From: a virus
Taxonomy: Duplodnaviria > Heunggongvirae > Uroviricota > Caudoviricetes
DNA length: 18,266 nucleotides
Virus record (IMG/VR): IMGVR_UViG_2698536651_000007
Direction: 5' to 3' (one strand)
The notes under the pieces were generated by a model, which did not search any database, was not told the origin of the DNA, and saw nothing but the letters and a program-made list of their open reading frames with translations. This document shows positions 9,086 to 16,985 of this stretch, piece after piece (position 1 is the first letter of the stretch; each line of letters starts with the position of its first letter). The position numbers and the translations under genes are program-made.

Positions 9086-9241
9086 TTACTCCTCAGGTTC
9101 GTAAGCTGTGAAGACAGCGACCTCCGTCTGGCCGGTTCGGATTCGTACCTCGCAGAGGTCTTTCCTCGTTACCAGTGCCGTCACTATGACGGTTAAACAG
9201 ATGACGATCAGGGCGATTAACATCGCCTTTTGCTGCTTCAT
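9086..9241 (-). CDS. hokD: Hok-family membrane toxin HokD/RelF (51 aa)
   Basis: Reverse-complement translation MKQQKAMLIALIVICLTVIVTALVTRKDLCEVRIRTGQTEVAVFTAYEPEE. Not in the ORF track (under 60 aa); the + strand ORF 9108-9329 is its antisense. Confidence 0.9.
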   Translation of the reverse strand: MKQQKAMLIALIVICLTVIVTALVTRKDLCEVRIRTGQTEVAVFTAYEPEE

Positions 9242-9312
9242 AGCCTGCTTCTCCTGTCAACGCAAAGCAGAAGTGTCACCTTCGGTGCGAAACAGAGATG
9301 TCATGCTTTGGT

Positions 9313-9600
9313 TCAGAGAATGCGTTTGACCGCCTCGCTATATACTTCCGAGCGTTCTCTTTTCCCAACAGAAATCACGAAAACGACAACTTTCTCGTCT
9401 ATAACCTGGTATACAAGGCGATAGCCTGAAGACCGGAGCTTAATCTTGTAACAATCAGGCATACCACGGAGCTTGTTTGCTTCAATCCGGGGTGACTCAA
9501 GTACTTCAACCAGCTTCTTTTTCAACTGTTCACGTACCGTCGAGCCCAGCTTTCGCCATTCCTTTAGTGCCCGCTCGTCAAAATCCAGAAAATACGCCAT
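9313..9600 (-). CDS. relE: RelE mRNA interferase toxin (95 aa)
   Basis: MAYFLDFDERALKEWRKLGSTVREQLKKKLVEVLESPRIEANKLRGMPDCYKIKLRSSGYRLVYQVIDEKVVVFVISVGKRERSEVYSEAVKRIL. Confidence 0.9.
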   Translation of the reverse strand: MAYFLDFDERALKEWRKLGSTVREQLKKKLVEVLESPRIEANKLRGMPDCYKIKLRSSGYRLVYQVIDEKVVVFVISVGKRERSEVYSEAVKRIL

Positions 9601-9839
9601 CAGAGTTCATCCAGCGTCACACGTACTGGCTTAGGATTACGAAGCCGTTCTTTCACTATCTCCACAAGTTCAGCATCTTCATCACTCAGGAGTGTCTGTT
9701 TGAACGGCAAGCGTTCATTGTCAGCGATATACTCGAGCATGAGACGAAGCGCTTCAGAAGGAGTTACACCCATTTTTTCAAGCGCGGCGTAAGAACGCGC
9801 TTTAAGTTCATCGTCAATACGCAGGTTAATGCTACCCAT
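9600..9839 (-). CDS. relB: RelB antitoxin (79 aa, RHH); 1-nt overlap with relE
   Basis: MGSINLRIDDELKARSYAALEKMGVTPSEALRLMLEYIADNERLPFKQTLLSDEDAELVEIVKERLRNPKPVRVTLDEL. Confidence 0.9.
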   Translation of the reverse strand: MGSINLRIDDELKARSYAALEKMGVTPSEALRLMLEYIADNERLPFKQTLLSDEDAELVEIVKERLRNPKPVRVTLDEL

Positions 9840-9852
9840 GTCTTACACCTCT

Positions 9853-9877
9853 TGTAATTACAAATGTCATTACAAGT
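9853..9877 (-). promoter_or_regulatory. relBE promoter/operator (relO) with palindrome ttgtaattacaa and a repeated attacaa motif
   Basis: Palindromic TTGTAA/TTACAA element directly upstream of the relB start, consistent with the known RelB2-RelE operator architecture. Confidence 0.5.
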
Positions 9878-10010
9878 ATCGCACTACAACATGCTTAGGG
9901 CAAGTCACGAAGGAAGTCAGAAAGTAGTCGTAAGAACGGTGATCACTGTCCGCTTTGTGCCAATAGCGGACATTGCTGGCTCATGGTATGTTAGTTTAAG
10001 GAGGCAGGTT

Positions 10011-11033
10011 ATGCCCTGTATTTCGCTGTGGTATAATAGTTGCGCAATTGATACAAGGGAGCGTTACATCGTGAAAATTGTTTTCGAGGTTAATGGAAAG
10101 AAAGTTCCACTAAAATCTTTAAAATACATAAGCAAAAAAGATCAACTCGAAGTAATGAAAAACTGGTTCTTTGAAAACTTTGAAGATCCGGCAAATGCTT
10201 GTCCGTATGAAAGTAGAGAAGGTGGCTATGCTTACATATATGGCGGGCCGTATGATGCGAGCGAAGAACTACAATCCATCTTCGGTCAATATGTTAAATC
10301 TGAGTATATTGAGGAATTAGTAGATGAATTACAAACACAATGTTTTGACTGGTCTGGAAACTCAAATAATATAGATGATTGGTACGATGATGATATCTAC
10401 GACGCTGTAACGTCTTCCGGTAATCCGTATTTAAAATTCATTGATAATATCGATAAAATAAAAAAACTTGCAAAAGATAAAACTGAACAACAGCAAAAAA
10501 ACCACTTGCTTAGTTTGCTCTACACGAATGTTATTACAGCTTTGGAAACGCTTTATGTTGAGCTATTCATTAATTCTATAGAGAAAGATGATGTCTACAT
10601 AGCCAATTGTATAGAAAAAGGTAAGACTGAATTTAAAGTAAGCAAAGATATTGCTGCGTTGCCTTTCAAGGGTGAACCCATCGAGAAAATTAGGGGAGAG
10701 CTAATCAGGTCAATCAAGGAACACTTGATCAGTGCAAGCTGGCATAGCACTAAAAAGGTAATCGACCGCTATGAAGCTACATTCGATATAAAAGTACAAA
10801 AAGACTGTCCGATAGAAGCTATTGAATTGGCAACCCTCAATCGAAATCACTTAGTGCATCGTGGTGGAAAGGATAAAGAAGGGAACCTCGTAGTGATTAC
10901 AGACCAGGATCTTGAAACGCTGATTGAAAATGCATCGAACCTGGCAATTATGCTCTACAACAGTTTAAATGTAGCAACGAATAAAACCACCATTTTGCAA
11001 CCAGATGACAAACCGTTCATTCATGAATTTTAA
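10011..11033 (+). CDS. Hypothetical protein A of the AT-rich two-gene cassette (340 aa from ATG 10011; 320 aa if GTG 10071 is used); HEPN-like RNxxxH motif near the C-terminus
   Basis: ATG 10011 has AAGGAGG at 6-nt spacing; the alternative GTG 10071 has AAGGGAG and the candidate promoter upstream. Motif NRNHLVHRGG at 10839-10868. Visibly AT-rich relative to flanks. No homolog recognised. Confidence 0.7.
   Translation: MPCISLWYNSCAIDTRERYIVKIVFEVNGKKVPLKSLKYISKKDQLEVMKNWFFENFEDPANACPYESREGGYAYIYGGPYDASEELQSIFGQYVKSEYIEELVDELQTQCFDWSGNSNNIDDWYDDDIYDAVTSSGNPYLKFIDNIDKIKKLAKDKTEQQQKNHLLSLLYTNVITALETLYVELFINSIEKDDVYIANCIEKGKTEFKVSKDIAALPFKGEPIEKIRGELIRSIKEHLISASWHSTKKVIDRYEATFDIKVQKDCPIEAIELATLNRNHLVHRGGKDKEGNLVVITDQDLETLIENASNLAIMLYNSLNVATNKTTILQPDDKPFIHEF
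10029..10037 (+). promoter_or_regulatory. Candidate extended -10 element TGgTATAAT for the downstream AT-rich cassette
   Basis: tgGTATAATag at 10029-10039. It would place a transcription start about 10 nt upstream of the AAGGGAG SD that precedes the GTG at 10071. Confidence 0.35.
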
Positions 11034-11048
11034 TAGCGCAGGTCATAC

Positions 11049-12050
11049 ATGGATATTCGCACACGAAAGACAAAATTTTTAGAGTCGTTAGATTCAACTG
11101 AAGTGATACGCAAAGCAGTAAGTCTCGCTATAGATTGCATTATTGATAATCATAATAGTAATGAAGATACCCCCTTAGTTATTACCAGCTATGATGATCT
11201 CTGTAGAATCCAGGTGCTAAATTATGTACAGGAGTTTTGCGAAGCTGCATTCCCTGATATGGATGAATATTACTTTAGTCCTAACATACTTCGCATCAAC
11301 GGCAAGACTAGTGAAGAAGCTTGTATTAACTTAATTAAACTCTTAAGAAGTACAAAAGGCATGCTATTCTGGTCCGATGCCCCATCGTGGTTCGCTAGCC
11401 TCCCCGACGGATTATTCCATGTTGTTAACATTGATCAAAAAATCGTTACTCGCGGCCTTAATAAGAAAAACTCTAAGCCGACAATAATCAATAAAGATTA
11501 CAGTGTAGATACACTACTATCAGAGCTATTTTTGAATGGCGCACACATGGAGCAACCCAACGTACACAACGTTTCTGAGGGAAACATGAAGTTCTATGAT
11601 GAATGCCATGCTGGATTAATCAGACCAATACCCGCTCCAATAGGCGCGTCATACGATGAAGAGATCACAATTAATTCTCCAGATTGGCAAAAGCTCGCGT
11701 GTGTAGCTTTACGCCGCTATCAGTCGAAGGAATGTCATGACGGAATGCAATGGGATACAACCGATCATGGTTGGACTGATGTAATCGCGTATCCATTCGT
11801 CGAAGAAATACAATCAATGGATAATAGTGGTTATCGACAATGTTTAGTTGGGCTGGTCACAATAAACAATTCAAATGCAAATTCTCCGTACCTATCTACC
11901 GTTTGGATACATCCATTTTATCGCAGGAGAGGGTTATTAAGTAAGTTATGGCCAAAATTACAAGAGTTATATGGAAGTAACTTCGAAATTGAGCGACCTA
12001 ATGAAAATATGAAAGCATTTCTGAAAAGTGCGAAACACGCAGATTACTAA
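11049..12050 (+). CDS. Hypothetical protein B of the cassette (333 aa); possible GNAT-like segment near the C-terminus
   Basis: ATG 15 nt after the stop of A, so probably an operon. …STVWIHPFYRRRGLLSKLWPKL… resembles GNAT motif A (tentative). AT-rich. No homolog recognised. Confidence 0.7.
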   Translation: MDIRTRKTKFLESLDSTEVIRKAVSLAIDCIIDNHNSNEDTPLVITSYDDLCRIQVLNYVQEFCEAAFPDMDEYYFSPNILRINGKTSEEACINLIKLLRSTKGMLFWSDAPSWFASLPDGLFHVVNIDQKIVTRGLNKKNSKPTIINKDYSVDTLLSELFLNGAHMEQPNVHNVSEGNMKFYDECHAGLIRPIPAPIGASYDEEITINSPDWQKLACVALRRYQSKECHDGMQWDTTDHGWTDVIAYPFVEEIQSMDNSGYRQCLVGLVTINNSNANSPYLSTVWIHPFYRRRGLLSKLWPKLQELYGSNFEIERPNENMKAFLKSAKHADY

Positions 12051-12329
12051 TTTATGAATCAGTCTGTGGAGTTAGGGTTGGTGTGAACAAGTAGGGTAAG
12101 AGCCTCAACGTGATGCTATGCCGACCTGCTCCCTGAGAATTCACACAGAAGGCTGCTAGCAATGTCTGCAGATCGCTCTTAGCGGACATTAGCATAGGCT
12201 ATTTACCATAACGCCTCATTACGCGCACCGCCCAGACTGACTCAGCGCGTTTCTGGCATATCCCCGGTAAAACAAGTAACAAACCACCCGAAAATGAACA
12301 CCAGAAACGCGACTTAAGAATCTACCCTA

Positions 12330-13720
12330 TGAATGGATATGCACTCAACCGAATCGATCTTGGTTTCAATCTTTTTTATCGGGATCAGGCTTCTTTTTAG
12401 GTAACTTCGGGGGCTTAACTTGCTGATGACTTTGCGTTCGGCGCGTAAGCCAGGGATGGTCAGCTTTAGGTTTAACATAGTATTTTGAGCGTAAATCAAT
12501 ACGGGCATTATCCACTCGTTCATGGACACTCTTTTCATCATCCAGTGGTATAGGCTCCGGGCCATCAACATACTTTTCCCAGCCCAGCGCTTTCCCGTCA
12601 TACAGAACGTTAATTTCACCGTCAAAGTTCTCGCATACAGTAACAACCGAATGCCTAAGTCGATATCCCCGGCCCTCACTGCGTACCTGAAACGCACTGC
12701 TTTTGTACTGGAAAGTGAGATTTTTAGACAGAACGCGCTTCGCCTGTAGGCTGAAGATATAACCCAGTTCCTCTTCAGAATGGTGCACATCAAGATGAGC
12801 ATTATCAGTAGTACGAGGCGACGTAGCGAACCGGTTGTTATAGGCTTCAATAAAGGTCGGCAACCATGCATTTGCTGTTTCAATATCACTGATATTCTGA
12901 AGCCGCATTTCTTTGACCAGCCTGTCCTGTAGTGTCTGATTGGCGCGCTCTACCCGCCCTTTTGCCTGCGGGCTGTTGGCATGGATTGGCTCGATGCCCA
13001 GTGTCTTTATCGCACGAGTGAACTGGGTCAGCTCACCTTCCCGCTCTGGGTTATTTACCCTGAATATACTGTGTCTATCAGAGTAGAGAGCGAGCGGTAC
13101 GCCATGATCATTAAGGTAACCCCGGAGGGTTTCCATGTAAGCCCGGGTTGTTTCAGCAGGCACAAAACGCAACGCCATCAACGCACTGGTGGCATCATCA
13201 ATGAAAACGATCAGTGTACATCTGGGGCCTCGATTTTCAAACCAGTCATGAGGTGAGCCATCAATCTGGATCAGTTCACCGTAAGATGGTCGTCGCATGC
13301 GGCGTTGATATATACGGGCAATTTTACGACGGCGTTCACGCCATAACCCCTCTTCTATCATCCACTTTCTGAGAGTTTCAACGGATAAAGATAAACCGTG
13401 TATCTCGCGCAATTTTTCGCACGCAAACGTAGGTCCAAAATCAGCGTAACGGCCTTTGAGGAGTGAAATTACTGTTGCTCTGAATTCAGTAGAAAAGGAA
13501 TTATTAGGACGCTTTCCACGTCGGTGGGAAACCAGACCAGAAGGCCCTTCATTTCTATACCGTTGCACCAGACGTTTAACCTGCCGAATAGAAATGCCAA
13601 TGCGTGCCGCAGCTTGTTCCTGAATAATCTGAAGTCGGTGGAGTTCCTTATGACTCATCGTAACAGTCTCTTTGATCATGAAAAATCCCCCAGAGAATTG
13701 TCTGGGGACATTTTAGAATG
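12330..13720 (-). mobile_element. Insertion sequence carrying the DDE transposase; termini not resolved, so coordinates are a minimum approximate extent
   Basis: Transposase gene present; no convincing terminal inverted repeats or target-site duplication could be identified by eye. Confidence 0.35.
12366..13679 (-). CDS. DDE (rve/integrase-core) transposase with N-terminal HTH; IS481/ISNCY-like
   Basis: 437 aa. HTH-like N-terminus (ARIGISIRQVKRLVQRY), DDE candidates (…IQIDGSPHDW…, …IVFIDDATS…, …KGRVERANQTLQ…), basic C-terminal tail. GGGGGA SD before the ATG at 13679. Confidence 0.8.
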   Translation of the reverse strand: MIKETVTMSHKELHRLQIIQEQAAARIGISIRQVKRLVQRYRNEGPSGLVSHRRGKRPNNSFSTEFRATVISLLKGRYADFGPTFACEKLREIHGLSLSVETLRKWMIEEGLWRERRRKIARIYQRRMRRPSYGELIQIDGSPHDWFENRGPRCTLIVFIDDATSALMALRFVPAETTRAYMETLRGYLNDHGVPLALYSDRHSIFRVNNPEREGELTQFTRAIKTLGIEPIHANSPQAKGRVERANQTLQDRLVKEMRLQNISDIETANAWLPTFIEAYNNRFATSPRTTDNAHLDVHHSEEELGYIFSLQAKRVLSKNLTFQYKSSAFQVRSEGRGYRLRHSVVTVCENFDGEINVLYDGKALGWEKYVDGPEPIPLDDEKSVHERVDNARIDLRSKYYVKPKADHPWLTRRTQSHQQVKPPKLPKKKPDPDKKD

Positions 13721-14013
13721 GTTCAAAGGGGACATTACAGCTTGGTGTTAACAATAGCCTGCTTCTCCGTGCCTTTCGGCACGTAAGAGGCTAACCTACA
13801 TGTGTCTAGCATGAAATTGGCCTCAGATTAATGTTAAGCGTCTTGCAGGACGCGTAATGTTAACTGGGGCTTTTCTCTATCTGCCGTTGGTGTCCATGCC
13901 CGAGGCAGATAGCCTCAAGCACCCGCAGTCATTCTACTTAACTAAGATTTCCCCGCAAACCGTTTTTGTCCAGCACAGTAAATATCCAACTAAACCAATG
14001 GAGTTCGCTGTAT

Positions 14014-14193
14014 TTACCGCCAGTATTCAATGCACATGACCGCCATGAACACCCCTAAAAAAAGGGCATTTATATATCCAAATATTAATATCAAAACATC
14101 AACTTTTTCCATATACCTTGCTGTGAAGATGATGGGCATACATGATGCGAACAACCAGAACGCAACAAACAAAAACTGCAATGCGTTTTTCAT
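14014..14193 (-). CDS. Small hydrophobic membrane protein (59 aa, two predicted TM segments)
   Basis: AGGAGG SD 4-5 nt before the ATG at 14193. MKNALQFLFVAFWLFASCMPIIFTARYMEKVDVLILIFGYINALFLGVFMAVMCIEYWR. AT-rich context. Confidence 0.5.
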   Translation of the reverse strand: MKNALQFLFVAFWLFASCMPIIFTARYMEKVDVLILIFGYINALFLGVFMAVMCIEYWR

Positions 14194-14659
14194 TATTCCT
14201 CCTACAATCAATGTGCAATTACATTTAAACACACCTCAATTTGGCCGGACATATAAATATCTAAACCAGAAAAAATCACTTACATAGCGTTACAAACTCT
14301 TTAGTCTAAAGGTTCATCGTAAAACATTCCCCATACTTATCAGTCCGTTCCGCGCCAGGTAGCTCATTGCCTTATCTGGCAACCTGTAATCAGGTTTCCG
14401 CTTTTTCAGTTGGCTGGTCGTTTAACCGACATAGTTAATCCATTAATCTAGTTGCCGGATGTTGGTGGATTTTCGCGTTTTAGTTGTTCATAAAAGTGCA
14501 CAGCTTTAACCAGTTCTTCTGATGTAACTGGGACTGGTGAGGCAGTGAATAAGGCCTGAATTTGATAGTTCGGCCTGTCGTTACAATCCTCTTTTTTCGG
14601 TACATATTTCCAGTCACCAGACCACTACTTCCCCTGAAAGTCCGTATCCGGAGCTTAAG

Positions 14660-16627
14660 TTGCACGCCATTGGGTGGGTTAAGCATAAATGTATTCCTGG
14701 TGCTAAATGGCCCGAAATTCAGGCAGAGATGCGCATCTGGAAAAAACGTCGCGAAGGTGAACGCAAGGAAACCGGAAAATACACGTCTGTTGTTGATCTC
14801 GCCCGCGCCAGAGCCAATCAACAGTACACTGAAAATTCAACAGGAAAAATCAGCCCGGTCATTGCTGCCATTCATCGCGAATACAAGCAGACATGGAAAA
14901 CACTGGATGACGAACTGGCCTACGCTCTCTGGCCTAGTGATGTGGATGCCGGAAACATTGACGGCAGCATCCATCGCTGGGCAAAAAAAGAAGTTATCGA
15001 CAACGACCGCGAAGACTGGAAGCGTATCTCGGCATCAATGCGCAAACAGCCTGATGCCCTTCGCTACGACCGCCAAACTATTTTTGGCCTTGTCCGTGAG
15101 CGTCCGATCGACATTCACAAAGATCCCGTAGCACTGAACAAATATATCTGCGAATACCTGACGACAAAGGGCGTGTTTGAGAATGAAGAAACAGACCTGG
15201 GCACTGTTGATGTTCTCCAGTCATCAGAAACACAAACTGATGCAGTGGAAACTGAGGTATCTGATATCCCAAAAAATGAAACCGCGCCGGAAGCTGAACC
15301 ATCTGTAGAGCGTGAGGGGCCGTTCTATTTCCTCTTCGCAGATAAGGACGGAGAAAAATACGGTCGCGCAAACAAACTCTCTGGTCTGGATAAGGCACTG
15401 GCTGCTGGCGCCACTGAAATCACAAAAGAAGAATATTTTGCCCGAAAAAATGGCACATACACGGGCTTACCGCAAAATGTAGATACCGCTGAAGATTCAG
15501 AACAACCAGAGCCGATAAAAGTTACCGCTGACGAAGTAAACAAAATTATGCAGGCAGCCAATATCAGCCAGCCTGACGCCGATAAGTTGCTTGCTGCATC
15601 ACGTGGTGAATTTGTTGAAGGGATTAGTGACCCGAATGATCCGAAATGGGTTAAGGGGCTCCAGACCCGCGATTCTGTGAACCAGAACCAGCATGAATCG
15701 GAACGGAACTACCAAAAAGCGGAACAAAACAGTCCAAATGCGTTACAAAACGAGCCAGAAACGAAACAGCCTGAACCAGTAGCGCAACAGGAAGTGGAAA
15801 AAGTCTGCACCGCCTGCGGTCAGACCGGCGGCGGCAACTGCCCTGATTGTGGCGCGGTGATGGGCGACGCAACATACCAAGAAACATTCGATGAAGAGTA
15901 TCAGGTTGAAGTTCAGGAAGATGATCCGGAGGAAATGGAAGGCGCTGAACATCCACACAAGGAGAACACTGGCGGCAATCAGCATCACAATAGCGATAAT
16001 GAAACTGGCGAGACGGCAGATCACCCAATTAAGGTGAACGGTCATCACGAAATCACATCCACCAGCAGGACGTGTGACCATCTAATGATCGACCTTGAAA
16101 CCATGGGAAAAAATCCTGATGCCCCGATCATCTCAATAGGTGCAATATTTTTCGATCCGCAAACCGGAGATATGGGACCGGAATTTAGTAAGACTATCGA
16201 TCTGGAAACTGCTGGCGGAGTCATTGATCGGGACACCATTAAATGGTGGCTTAAGCAATCACGCGAAGCGCAATCTGCCATTATGACCGATGAAATCCCG
16301 TTAGATGATGCACTGTTACAATTGCGAGAATTTATCGACGAAAACTCCGGTGAATTTTTTGTTCAGGTTTGGGGAAATGGAGCCAACTTCGACAACACGA
16401 TTTTGCGCCGTTCATACGAACGGCAGGGGATCCCCTGCCCGTGGCGTTACTACAACGATCGCGATGTACGCACAATCGTTGAGCTGGGGAAAGCCATAGA
16501 CTTCGATGCCAGAACGGCTATTCCATTCGAAGGTGAGCGCCATAATGCACTTGATGACGCCCGTTACCAGGCAAAATACGTTTCAGTTATCTGGCAAAAA
16601 CTGATCCCGAGTCAGGCTGATTCTTAA
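14660..16627 (+). CDS. Multidomain protein with C-terminal DEDDh (DnaQ-like) 3'-5' exonuclease domain, central acidic linker and CxxC…CxxC zinc ribbon; start uncertain (TTG 14660 or ATG 14726)
   Basis: Exo I motif MIDLETMG (about 16085-16108), Exo II VWGNGANFDNTIL, Exo III HNALDDARYQ (about 16541-16570); zinc ribbon CTACGQTGGGNCPDCG (about 15806). Same strand and position as exo/bet-type genes upstream of xis-int. Confidence 0.7.
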   Translation: MHAIGWVKHKCIPGAKWPEIQAEMRIWKKRREGERKETGKYTSVVDLARARANQQYTENSTGKISPVIAAIHREYKQTWKTLDDELAYALWPSDVDAGNIDGSIHRWAKKEVIDNDREDWKRISASMRKQPDALRYDRQTIFGLVRERPIDIHKDPVALNKYICEYLTTKGVFENEETDLGTVDVLQSSETQTDAVETEVSDIPKNETAPEAEPSVEREGPFYFLFADKDGEKYGRANKLSGLDKALAAGATEITKEEYFARKNGTYTGLPQNVDTAEDSEQPEPIKVTADEVNKIMQAANISQPDADKLLAASRGEFVEGISDPNDPKWVKGLQTRDSVNQNQHESERNYQKAEQNSPNALQNEPETKQPEPVAQQEVEKVCTACGQTGGGNCPDCGAVMGDATYQETFDEEYQVEVQEDDPEEMEGAEHPHKENTGGNQHHNSDNETGETADHPIKVNGHHEITSTSRTCDHLMIDLETMGKNPDAPIISIGAIFFDPQTGDMGPEFSKTIDLETAGGVIDRDTIKWWLKQSREAQSAIMTDEIPLDDALLQLREFIDENSGEFFVQVWGNGANFDNTILRRSYERQGIPCPWRYYNDRDVRTIVELGKAIDFDARTAIPFEGERHNALDDARYQAKYVSVIWQKLIPSQADS

Positions 16628-16699
16628 TGTTCAACTGTCGCCGGTTGTGACTGGTATTCTGCAACCGGCGCTCGTCTGATGTAAGAGATAAAGAAATCG

Positions 16700-16951
16700 A
16701 TGAGCGAAGTAATCATGATTGTCTCTCCCGGCAAATGGGTATCCGAAGAGCAGTTAATTGCGCTGAAAGGAATAAAAAAAGGTACGTTAAAAAAGGCCCG
16801 GGAAAAATCGTTTATGGAAGGAAGGGAATATAAGCATGTCGCTCATGACGGTATGCCATGGGATAACAGTCCATGCTTTTACAACCTGGAAGAAATTGAT
16901 CGCTGGATTGAGCGCCAGGCATCAGCGAGACCAAGACGTCATCTTACTTGA
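16700..16951 (+). CDS. xis: Excisionase-like protein (83 aa)
   Basis: Small protein immediately upstream of and co-oriented with the integrase; N-terminus MSEVIMIVSPGKWVSEEQL… typical of lambdoid/Rac-type excisionases. Alternative start at 16715. Confidence 0.7.
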   Translation: MSEVIMIVSPGKWVSEEQLIALKGIKKGTLKKAREKSFMEGREYKHVAHDGMPWDNSPCFYNLEEIDRWIERQASARPRRHLT

Positions 16952-16985
16952 CTAAAAGCCACACTAACTAATGAGAGAAGTTGAA

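Noticed and set aside
9108-9857. + strand ORFs 9108-9329, 9230-9424 and 9477-9857
   Set aside because: Antisense to hokD, relE and relB, whose translations match the known TA proteins.
12314-13751. ORFs 12314-12889 (-), 12522-12749 (+), 12981-13256 (+) and 13524-13751 (+)
   Set aside because: They overlap the transposase gene in other frames or strands; the transposase frame has the HTH and DDE signatures.
12216-13860. Possible IS terminal inverted repeats (cattacgcg near 12219 versus the reverse complement of acgcgtaatg near 13851)
   Set aside because: Only a 9-bp match centred on a self-palindromic acgcgt; this is expected by chance in flanks of this size, so it was not used to define the IS ends.
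13857-14287. + strand ORFs 13857-14039 and 14030-14287, and the 13-codon 5' extension of the small membrane protein ORF (start 14232)
   Set aside because: The minus-strand gene has a perfect AGGAGG SD at the ATG at 14193; the + strand frames lack RBSs and lie in AT-rich DNA where open frames arise by chance.
14480-16499. ORFs 14480-14821 (-), 14562-15131 (+), 15078-15398 (-), 15325-15561 (-), 15651-16028 (-), 15743-16081 (-), 16045-16281 (-) and 16305-16499 (+)
   Set aside because: They overlap the 655-aa exonuclease-domain gene in alternative frames or strands; translations are low-complexity Arg/Pro/Cys-rich and have no start signals.
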